Shown here: positions 25,715 through 36,900 of the stretch, in pieces
How the letters are laid out: each line of letters begins with the position of its first letter
How positions within the stretch are numbered: the first letter of the stretch is position 1
DNA from: Antedon mediterranea
Taxonomy: Eukaryota; Animalia; Echinodermata
Length of the DNA: 64,000 nucleotides
Direction: 5' to 3'
Assembly (NCBI RefSeq): GCF_964355755.1
Contig: NC_092672.1
Location: 7,564,001-7,628,000, forward strand
Made by a program: the position numbers and the translations under genes
Notes under the pieces: generated by a model
Databases searched by the model: none
What the model was told of the DNA's origin: nothing
Seen by the model: only the letters and a program-made list of their open reading frames with translations

Positions 25715-28030
25715 TAGTGTTTACCGACCAACCGAAAAAAAAGAAATGTTCGAAAAATGGACAAATTTCGATATTTTTTTATTTTGTTATCTAACTGGTC
25801 ACAATGGATCTTTAGAAGATGATAACAAAATAAAAGGTCGATATTTTGTGATTTTTTTTTCTCGATACAGGGAAATGAATTGAAATTTTCCTGTACTATA
25901 GTACATGGATTTTTTCGAAAAATGGCCAGAACATCCACTTTTTAAATTTCAATAATTATGCGATACTATTGCCATATATGAGCTATCATCATCTTATAGA
26001 GCCAAAGTAATTAGTTATGTCAACAAATAAATGGGTCGAAAAATTCCCATTTTTCGAAAATGTCCCTGTACAGGGATTTTTTCGAAAAATAGCCAAAACA
26101 TCCACTTTTTAAATTTCAATAATTATGCGATACTATTGCCATATATGGTGTTATCATCATCTTATAGAGCCATAGTAACTAGTTATGTAAAAAAACGGAT
26201 TTTTTCAAAAAATGGCCGATTTTCGACCTTTTTATTTTTCGATAAAACTGGTTACAATAGCACAATTGACATGCGCAGAACCCATTATTTCGACTCTGCG
26301 CATGTTGATTATGCTATAGTAAGCATTTATGTCAAAACTGGTTAATATAGCCCAACTGACATGCGCAGAACGCATTATTCGACTGCGCATGTTTCTTATG
26401 CTATAGTAAACATTTATGTCAAAAGTGGTTACTATAGCACGATTGACATGTACAGAACCCATTATTCGACTCTGCGCATGTTTATTATGCTATAGTAACC
26501 ATTTATATCACAAAATAAAATGGTCGAAAATCGGCCATTTTTCGAAAATTTCCCTGTAGGCCTACTATAGTACAGGGATTTTTTCAAAAAATAGCCGATT
26601 TTCGACCTTTTTATTTTTCGATAAAACTGGTTACTATAGCACAATTGACATGCGCAGAACCCATTATTCGACTCAGCGCGTGTTTATTATGCTATAGTAA
26701 CCATTTATGTCAAAAGTGGTTACTATAGCACGATTGACATGCGCAGAACCCATTATTCGACTCTGCGCATGTTTATTATGCTATAGTAACCATTTATATC
26801 ACAAAATAAAATGGTCGAAAATCAGCCATTTTTCGAAAATTTCTCTGTACTATAGTACAGGGATTTTTTCAAAAAATGGCCGATTATCGACCTTTTTATT
26901 TTTCGGTAAAACTGGTTACTATAGCACAATTGACATGCGCAGAACCCATTATTCGACTCTGCGCATGTTTATTATGCTATAGTAACCATTTATGTCAAAA
27001 GTGGTTACTATAGCCCAATTGACATGCGCAGAACCCGTTATTCCACTCTGAGCATGTTTATTATGCTATAGTAACCATTTATATCAAAAAATAAAAGGGT
27101 CGAAAATCGACCATTTTTCGAAAATTTCCCTGTACTGTAGTACAGGGATTTTTTTCAAAAAATGGCCGATTGTCGACCTTTTTATTTTTCGATAAAACTG
27201 GTTACTATAGCACAATTGACATGCGCAGAACGCATTTTTCGACTCTGTGCATGTTTATTATGCTATAGTAATCATTTATGTCAAAAGGGGTTTACTATAG
27301 CCCAATTGACATGCTTAGAATCCATTATTCGACTCTGCGCATGTGTATTATGCTATAGTAACCATTTATATAAAAAAATAAAAGGGTCGAAAATCGGGCA
27401 TTTTTCGAAAATTTCCCTGTACTATAGTACAGGGATTTTTTCAAAAAATGGCCGATTTTTTACCTTTTTATTTTTCTATAAAACTGGTTACTATAGCACA
27501 ACTATGCTATAGTAACCATTTATATCAAAAAATAAAAGGGTCGAAAATCGGCAATTTTTCGAAAATTTCCCTGTAGGCCTACTATATATAGTACATGGAT
27601 TTTTTTTCGAAAAATTGTTTAAATATCCACTTTTTAAATTTCAATAATTATGCGATACTATTCGCTATATATGAGCATATATGGTGCTATCATCATCTTA
27701 TAGAGCCATAGTAATTAGTTATGTCAAAAAATAAAAGGGTCGACAATTGCCCATTTTTTTCGAAATTTTACCTGTACTATAGTATAGGGATTTTTTTTCG
27801 AAAAATGGCCAAAACATCCACTTTTTAAATTTCAATAATTATGCGATACTATTGCCATATATGAGCATATATGGTGTTATCATCATCTTATAGTGCCATA
27901 GTAATTAGTTATGTCAAAACATAAAAGGGTCGAAAATTGCCCAGTTTTCGAAATGTTCCTTATACTATGATTGATAAATGTTTTTAAAATGTATTTAATA
28001 AATGCAACAAAATAAAAGGTCGACATTTTT
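25715..28030. repeat. Complex satellite of palindromic subunits with ~286-bp higher-order period
   Basis: TACAGGGATTTTTTC recurs at 26571, 26856, 27141, 27428; subunits GTTACTATAGC..CATGCGCAGA..TCTGCGCATG..GCTATAGTAAC and TTTTCGAAAATTTCCCTGTACTATAGTACAGGGATTTTTTC are self-complementary. Confidence 0.92.
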
Positions 28031-28354
28031 TTAATGCCCAAAGTTCAACTTTTCAACATTCTATTTTTTATTTTATGCGATAGTAGAATGCTTATAGTGG
28101 TATTGTAACCAGTTATGTCAGAACATAAAAGGGTATATTATTATAATACTCACAATTATGTGTTATTGCTTATTATAGAGTCATATTAACCATTTATATC
28201 AACAAATAAAAAGGTCTAAATATTAGTATTAGTAGGCCTAAATTAGTAATGAATATAATTTGAATAAAATACTACCGGTATATTAAAACATTTTATAAAT
28301 ACATAAATAAGTTTACAATTTATTATACAAACATGTCTATTAAACATTTACCAG

Positions 28355-28477
28355 AAAGGTCTTCAATAATAGTCGTGGTATCACGCTATCAGTAGTGTCA
28401 GGGTTTGTTCGATTGGTAATCACAATTTTAGTAGTGTCAGGGTGTGTTCGATTGGTAATCGCACTATCAGTAGTGTC
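28355..28477 (-). pseudogene. Remnant duplicate of gene A terminal exon, split by the foldback element (other piece at 30876-30892)
   Basis: Reads DTTDSAITNRTHPDTTKIVITNRTNPDTTDSV...ATTATTGAAGACCTTT, homologous to 30901-31014; acceptor piece TTATAG|GTTCAATATGAT abuts the other end of the element. Confidence 0.7.
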
Positions 28478-30875
28478 GGTTCTAGGACACCTACCCCCTA
28501 GACAGTTACCCCCCGGATATTTACCACCCGGACAACTACCCCCTTAGGACAACTAACCCCCGGACAACTAACCCCCGGACAACTACCCCCCGGACAACTA
28601 CCCCCTTAGGACAACTACCCCCTTAGGATAACAACCCCCCGGACAACTACCCCCCGGACAACTACCCCCTTAGGACAACTACCCCCTTAGGATAACTACC
28701 CCCCGGATAACTACCCCCAGGTCAACTACCCCCCGGTCAACTACCCCCCCCCCCCCAATCCAAAAGTAGACAAACGGTTTCTGTAAAAATGAAATCATCT
28801 GTTTCGAAACTAGAGACCCGAGAACAGAGACCTGACACGAGGCCCAATACGAAAAGGGAGACCTATATTTGGGTCTCCCTTTTCGTATAGTGTGGTCTCT
28901 CTTTTCGTATAGTGGGGTCTCCCTTTTTGTATATTTAGGTCTCCCTTTTCGTATATTAGGGTCTCTTTTTTCGTATAGTGGGGTCTCTCTTTTCGTACGT
29001 GGGTCTCTCTTTTCGTATATTTAGGTCTCCCTTTTCGTATTGGGTCTCTGGTCTCTGGTCTCGGGTCTCTAGTTTCGAAACACCCGTTTTTACGATTATT
29101 CTGTTTAACAGCACGCTAGACCCTAGATGTGCTAGATTTAAAGTACCGTATTTATTGACAAAACGGCCTGGGCTGTTTATTGTTTAGGTGGTTTTTAGGT
29201 GGACATTTATTGGAAGAAAGTTGTTTATTCAATGGGAGGGGGTATAATCTAATGGAAATAGACGCCGATTATTAATTCCATATGATGTTTCATGGGAGTG
29301 ACATGATCACCGTTTATTTGAGGTGAATTTATTTAAAGATCGCCGTTTATTCGGTGAGTGAACATTGAGGTCAAATATCAAAAGTGATATTATTCTTCAA
29401 GTGTACAAAAATACTTAGGCCTATATGACAAATTTGAGACAAAAATTAATTCTTTTAAGACCATTCAACAACCTGACTCTGCAACAGTGTATAATAGGAA
29501 TTAATAACTATATTTTAATTCGTTACTTTGACGAATTACTATTCATTATTGTAAACAAAAGTATAAGATTGAACATAAATTAATATAGCCTGGTATAAAC
29601 TGAAGATTGTCACACATGATCATAGGATAGTCGAACGTATTATATAGTACTCCCTGTATTTACTGTAAAGACTGGGTTCGCTAATAATAATAATAATTTT
29701 TGCGTCAGGACAATGCTTCGATAACCACTGGTCTTAAAAGAATTAATTTTTGTCTCAAATTTGTCATATATGTATTTTTGTACACTTGAAGAATAATATC
29801 ACTTTTGATATTTGACCTCAATGTTCACTCACCGAATAAACGTCGATCTTTAAATAAATTCCCCTCAAATAAACGGTGACCATGTCACTCCCATGAAACA
29901 TCATATGGAATAATCGGCGTCTATTTCCATTAGATTACACCCCCTCCCATTGAATAAACAACTTTCTTCCAATAAATGTCCACCTAAAAACCACCTAAAC
30001 AATAAACAGCCCAGGCCGTTTTTTCAATAAATACGGTACTTTAAATCTAGCACATCTAGGGTCTAGCGTGCTGTTAAACAGAATAATCGGTTAAAAACGG
30101 GTGTTTCGAAACTAGAGACCCGAGACCAGAGACCAGAGACCCGAGACCCAATACGAAAAGGGAGACCCACGTACGAAAAGGAAGACCCCACTATACGAAA
30201 AGGGAGACCCCACTATACGAAAAGGGAGACCCCACTATACGAAAAGGGAGACCCCACTATACGAAAAGGGAGACCCTAATATACGAAAAGGGAGACCTAA
30301 ATATACGAAAAGGGAGACCCAATTATACGAAAGGGAGACCCAAATATACAAAATGGGAGACCCAAATATACGAAAAGGGAGACCCACTATAAGAAAAGGG
30401 AGACCCACTATAAGAAAAGGGAGACCCCACTATACGAAAAGAGAGACCACACTATACGAAAAGGGAGACCCTAATATACGAAAAGGGAGACCAAAATATA
30501 GGTCTCCCTTTTCGTATTGGGTCTCGTGTCAGGTCTCTGGTCTCGGGTCTCTAGTTTCGAAACACCCGTTAAAAACAGATGATTTCATTTTTACAGAAAC
30601 CGGTCCTATATATTTGTCTACTTTTGGATGGGGGGGGGGGGTAGTTGACCGGGGGGTAGTTGACCGGGGGGTAGTTACCCGGGGGGTAGTTATCCTAAGG
30701 GGGTAGTTGTCCTAAGGGGGTGGTTGTCCGGGGGGTAGTTGTCCGGGGGGTTGTTATCCTAAGGGGTAGTTGTCCTAAGGGGGTAGTTGTCCGGGGGTAG
30801 TTGTCCTAAGGGGGTAGTTGTCCGGGTGGTAAACATCCGGGGGGTAACTGTCTAGGGGGTAGGTGTCCTAGAACC
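28478..30875. mobile_element. Foldback (Mutator-like) element with ~1-kb inverted arms containing minisatellites
   Basis: GGTTCTAGGACACCTACCCCC ... GGGGGTAGGTGTCCTAGAACC; arms ~28478-29463 and ~29729-30875, ~265-bp spacer; (GGACAACTACCCCCC)n subterminal repeats; no coding capacity. Confidence 0.9.
30099..30567. mobile_element. Nested MITE with 9-bp TSD (MULE-type); mirror copy at ~28800-29085
   Basis: TIR GGGTGTTTCGAAACTAGAGACCCGAGACC; flanked by a perfect direct repeat GTTAAAAAC (30090-30098, 30568-30576); internal ~23-bp repeat TATACGAAAAGGGAGACCCCAC. Confidence 0.88.
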
Positions 30876-30900
30876 ATCATATTGAACCTATAATTTGACC

Positions 30901-33900
30901 TCAAAGGTCTTCAATAATAATCTTATTACGAGTGGTGTCAGTCATGGTAATCACACTATCAGTAGTGTCAGGGTGTGTTCGGTTGCTTGATGTCTTCCTC
31001 CAGTCATATTGAACCTATAATTAGGAATAATGATATTACTAAATAAGGTGTATCGCAAATAGCGTGAGCGATGCATGATGAAAAGGAATCGGTAGCAATA
31101 GCGCCTCCACCAGTATATAAAGTTGTTATTATACGGTGGCGCTATTGCTACCAAACCCTGACCATCATGCATTGTGCAATGACGTTCTTCGCGAAACCAA
31201 GCTATTTATGATAAATCTTATGAGCAGTTCTATTTTAAAAGAAGATAACCCGTGCATTTTTTTTTCTTTAAAAAGAACTGAATAAATTGAATAACATACA
31301 TGTATGCAGCAATAAAAACTACTACTTAAAAATAAGTTATGATAAAAATAGATTAAGTGTAATGTGAGCTGCCGTAAAGAACGTCTTTCAATTTAATCTG
31401 AAATGTCCATTATATAAACACGAAATAAACTTTTCAAACTATTTTTCAAATTATGGTTCATTTTTCTTTGTTATTCAAAAGTTGTTACCAATTTTTCTAT
31501 TAAGAACAAACATTTGAACATGCTGATTGTGACTACAGTACCATCGAGAAAACATCTACCTTTGCACACATACTATCCGTGAAAAATATTCCCCGAGGAA
31601 TACTTCCTCCTAAAAGTTGGAACTCACGGTACAGCGTGCTCCAGCGATCATCGAAAATGTGTTTAACAAAAGGTCCTTGGGGTATAGATTATTACGTAAA
31701 AAAAAAATTCAAACTGTATTTTTTGTGATTATTTTGAGAAAGATGTGGCAGTTACCTCATTACTGAAGACACACTGAGAGAGCCAGATGAAGAAACCTTG
31801 CAAAGAATTCATGATGACAAATATGTATTCCATTACTTTGGAACTACTGAAGAGGATGATTATACCAAAAATCCATGGCAAACCAACAACCGGAGTAAGC
31901 AAACCCAAGCCGTAAACCAAGGACCTTAAAATAAGCAAAGTAAATCACTATACAGATTATCGCTTAGAGGTGAAACATAATATTTGATATTCGAGAGAGA
32001 ATGATATTTTGCTTGAGTGTGAATATATATATTTCCCGAAGCGCAAGCTAAATATCATTCTCAATGGGATCTTATATTTCACCGATATCTGTTATATTGT
32101 TTTTGTCTTGTGTGGGTTCGTCCCACTTTTATTATAGTTTTCTGTTATAAATATAATAATATAAATATATATATATATGCACATTTATGTATTTCTCTTA
32201 TTTATAAGGTACATTGCTAAAAAATACATATCTTTTGAACAGTATATACATAGGCTAAGATTATATCTGTTATATTCAACAACCAGTAGAATAGCTGCTG
32301 GGTCGGCTAGCTAGGCCTTGTGGTTGTGGGCGATTTGTTTATGGATGATAACGAAACATACATGCAAATAGCAAGAATAGGCCTACTAGATAATTATAAA
32401 TGTTTGTAATGATGATTATGCAAATTCAGCCTCTTTTAATTCTCGACATGACTTAGTCATATGACACCATAAGATGTAGTCTAGGTTTTAGAGCGAAATT
32501 AGTAAAACGTAAAATATGTTGGCACATATAGCGTTTCATACATATTATAATACTTAAGCTCATAATTTTTAGACATAAAGCGAAACGACTTAGGAAATGT
32601 TTACATAAGATGATAATAATACGTAATAATGTATATAGATTATGTTACCGAATAATAATTATCTGCTGATAAATCGGAAAAGATATATCATTATCTTATC
32701 ACGTCATAATTATTCAATTTACCTAATTCGTGTGTATGACGTCTTATCGTCTTTAGATTGTTGTGGAAGTCGAGTTTTCTTGAAAGCTATATACCCAATG
32801 ACCACAGTTTGTAGGAAGATGATCTGGAAAAAATATATATATATATACTGGTATTATTAAGCTGTAGGTCTAATGTTGATTGGTAAGGTGTGATCGGGCC
32901 TTTACTGTTGTTGCCTAAAGTGTCCGGCCGTAACTCCAATTCTTTCCCACACTAAATAAAACCTCGGGGAGCTTTCCTAAAAATATTGAAGTTGCATTCG
33001 ATAGATTTTGTAAAGGTTTCACAAAACGGGCATGGAATAAAAGAAGGGAGATCAACAATGAAAGTGATTAGTTCTTGTAAATCATGTATTACTTTTATTA
33101 ATGTTACTTTTTGTTGTTGTGCATAATTTAGTTTCCTTGTAAATAGGCCTATTGTTAAATCATTTTTTTCTCTAACCTTTATTTTACTTACTCTGGACGC
33201 ACCTTAATTCAAGAAGTGTGCCACTGTTTCAAAAGTGTAGCTTCCAAATCAATTATATTATTAGAAATCAGACTTTAAAAATAAATACAATATTTCAAAC
33301 CACACCAAAAAAAAAAGTCAACAAACAAAACAAAATAAGACAACATCAATTGTGGACCAGCGGAATTGAAACGAGATTTATCGTATTTTTCTAGCACTAA
33401 ATTTTCACTCTACTTACCAGAAGTGTAGTAAGCATTGGTATAATAAATGTCCAGATTGCTATGTCCATATTTAACCAGCACCTGTAGTAAAAAGCGGATG
33501 TCTAAACATAACTACTTGTTTTGATGTATAACTTAAAATTTGTCCTTACAAGTTAATTCAAAATTTCGAAAATGGCATACTACCTATACTATACATTATA
33601 ATACAAATATATCTTACACGTCATCAGAAACGTAGTTGTCCTTTGTACATCCAGCCGTCACTCCTACGATTATACTAGGCACTATCCAGCCAAGATAACG
33701 ACTAAATAAAAAGCGTCGTTCGTGGTTAACAAACGGGTGTCTGATCTTCATGTACACGTCTGTAGACACAATTAGCATCCATGTGAAAGCGGCTAAAAGA
33801 CTGTAATGTAAACAACCAGCAATAACAGCACACACAATCTGGAAAATAAAAAGATGTCAGTGACGTAACGGCAATTTTCATCAATGTATAAACACACTTT

Positions 33901-36900
33901 CAATGTGTTATGTTAGACAAAAATGTAAATAAAATTAAACTCTAATATATTATTAGTGTAAGATTCCTTTTAAGAAAATTTTTTTGTAAACAGTGAAACG
34001 AATATAAGAATAAACCTGAAAAATAAAATTTAGTGGTTCTTATTTAAAAAAAACAGATGTTAAAATCTTAGTAGTAGGTTATATAGCATATTCCATTGCT
34101 ACAAAAAATATATTTGTCCAATGAACAATGTAGTGATGATGTGTGCTACAAAAATAACACGTACCTTATTCTTAACATTCGCTCCAAGTAAGAAATACAC
34201 AAAATTGACAATAAGAAGAGCCACTACCAGATGGCAAAGTATCTTATGGCGCTCAGAATTTCTTAAATTTCTGAAATAGTAATTCTGTCTGTTATGAAAA
34301 GTTAGGCAAAAAAAATATAATGTAACTGTGTATGAAACACATACAGTATTCATGAAAATTGCAAGATACAATAGAGCCAGTGGGGCAGCAAAAGAAGAAA
34401 AAGAAATATATTTAGAAATTCGAAATAATCAGTGTTTGTGGCTGTTGCCGGTACCAAGTATGAGAGACTGTTTAACATACTATTAAGAAGAAACATAGAC
34501 TCGAATTTAATACTGTAGGCGAAGTGTCTAGGTATTCATCCGACATTGCAGCGCTTTCAATCAATTTCTTATTTAAGAAAAGATAACTTACTTAAAACTG
34601 TATACAGTAATCAGGGTTATGATGAGAAATATACTCGAAATAATAAGTCCAAAGTTTGTAAGAGTTGATAAAATCTTGTCATTACTTGACTAAAAGATAA
34701 GAAACAATATACATGAAATTTAGTTCAACCGTATATAACATTTTAATGACATTCATAATATTCTATACCTTTATCGTTTTATTGTTGATATAAAGTTGAA
34801 TATATATTTTACCGGTATCGGTTTCATCAAAACGACAAATGACGTCATATGTGTACAATTGCATATCACGCCGTCGGCATCATTTACAGTAGAACAACCT
34901 TCAGTTGACCATATCCTTTATTAAAAGAAAACATTACTATTATTTAATAAAGATTAAATAATGTACATTATGATGATACCTGAATAGAATTGCTGTGCCT
35001 TTTAAACATTATAATCATATCGTTACTATTATTATAATCATATCGTTACTATTATTATAATCATATCGTTACTATTATTATAATCATATCGTTACTATTA
35101 TTATAATCATATCGTTACTATTATTATAATCATATCGTTACTATTATTATAATCATATCGTTACTATTATTATAATCATATCGTTACTATTATTATAATC
35201 ATATCGTTACTATTATTATAATCCGTTTAACGTGATTCTCTCGTGTTTATCACTGTGTATAATTGTTTCAGCAAGACCATCATCATAATATAAACCAACA
35301 TTATAACAATCATCTCATCACCGTCGTGATCATCATCACCATCATTATCTTCACCATTGTCATGATTGAGGCCTACTTACGCAAAAGGGTTTTCCTCTTC
35401 AGTAAAATGACACAAATGTTCATATTTCATGCTCAAAGAATCTTTCACAACATCCTTTAAATTCAAGAAGGCAGATTCGAAAATCATATTTAGCAAACAA
35501 TACTCATGTAAACAAATTGTGCGTAGCGAATGTGTACATATGTTCAGTCATCTCATACGTACAAAGTAAGGACATCAAGTTTAAAATTAATTCGTATGTT
35601 TATTGATGTTATCGATAGATGGTTACAATACATAGCATTCGCCGATCCACCAGTACCACCAATAAACAATTGCTACGTATTTCTACCGTTATTATGCATT
35701 ATACCTCATCCTTATATCAAGCATATCACAGTACACCGGTCCAACAGCCACTTTTAAAAGAGAACGAAATCAGTTTAAGGTACCAAATACCGAATTATTA
35801 TTTTGTTCTTTATTTTATTATCAGCATACCTTAATTGGAAACCTGATTTCACAATCAATACTGAGCTCGTTGCCTTTGTTGTCATATATGTCTATAGTAA
35901 CAATATCTGATACACTTTGAAGCGTTGGGCTGTCCCTTTAAAATATAAATTATTCAATTTGAAGAATTAAGCAATTGATAATTTAAAAAATAGTAAATAT
36001 AGACATAAGCAAGTCCAAAATATACAAGTAAACATTTTTCAACATGATTGATAATACAAACAACACTAAAGCATGACAAAATAATAAAGTAAATAATTTA
36101 TATGAACACCGATTCTATAATTATAAATAAATGCTTTTTTAGTTTGAAATATTTCCAGCATTATCATTTTCGGATTCAAGTATGCGAACACTTTTTTTCA
36201 GCTGTAAAAACAAATAGAATATGCGTAATATAACGACAAACTTACTGACTTTCTACATAAAAATAAGCAGTTGAATTTACATCATTTTGAGTTGCAACCA
36301 CTTGAAACGGTCCATCTGAATAAATTACATTACAAAAATAAATATATATTTTTCGATTGTTTACATATATTTGTTCATATATATTTGTTTACAAAAATTG
36401 ATATTACCAAAAATATCAAACCATTTACCGAAAAATCTTAATGGAAAATGTCATTTAATCACTTTTTCACATATATTTTCAGTTTTTTAGGAAAAAACCC
36501 TACATTGGTCATTTGAAATAGATAACGCATAATCCCATACCTTTTACCAAATAGGACTTAGTTGAAGTCGAGAAAGTAATGCTGTCAGGTTCAGATGTTA
36601 AAGGGACGTCTTTTACTTCTGGCGAACTAGATTCAAAATGTATGCTAACTGAAAAGAAATGAATAATTTTTGTTTATTCTAACTTCCAACTAATATACAA
36701 ATCTTAAAATTATAAGGAGCAATGTAAATTAGAAGTAAGATAACTCTGATGATATTGTTTTATGGTAAACCGTATGTTGAATGTGCTGAAGTGAATAAAA
36801 AAAAGTTAAAGTAGATGATAAGAAGCTTAAAAGATTGAACCGCTGAACTTTAACTACTTCTGTGACACCAGATGTACGGTATCAATAAAGTATGGAGTGA

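Noticed and set aside
25715-28030. CRISPR-like look of regularly spaced palindromic repeats
   Set aside because: No unique spacers, no cas genes, and the context is spliceosomal and eukaryotic; it is a satellite
26031-30706. Short ORFs in the satellite and foldback (e.g. 27162-27512, 30353-30706)
   Set aside because: Translations of tandem repeats, with no domain signature or splice support
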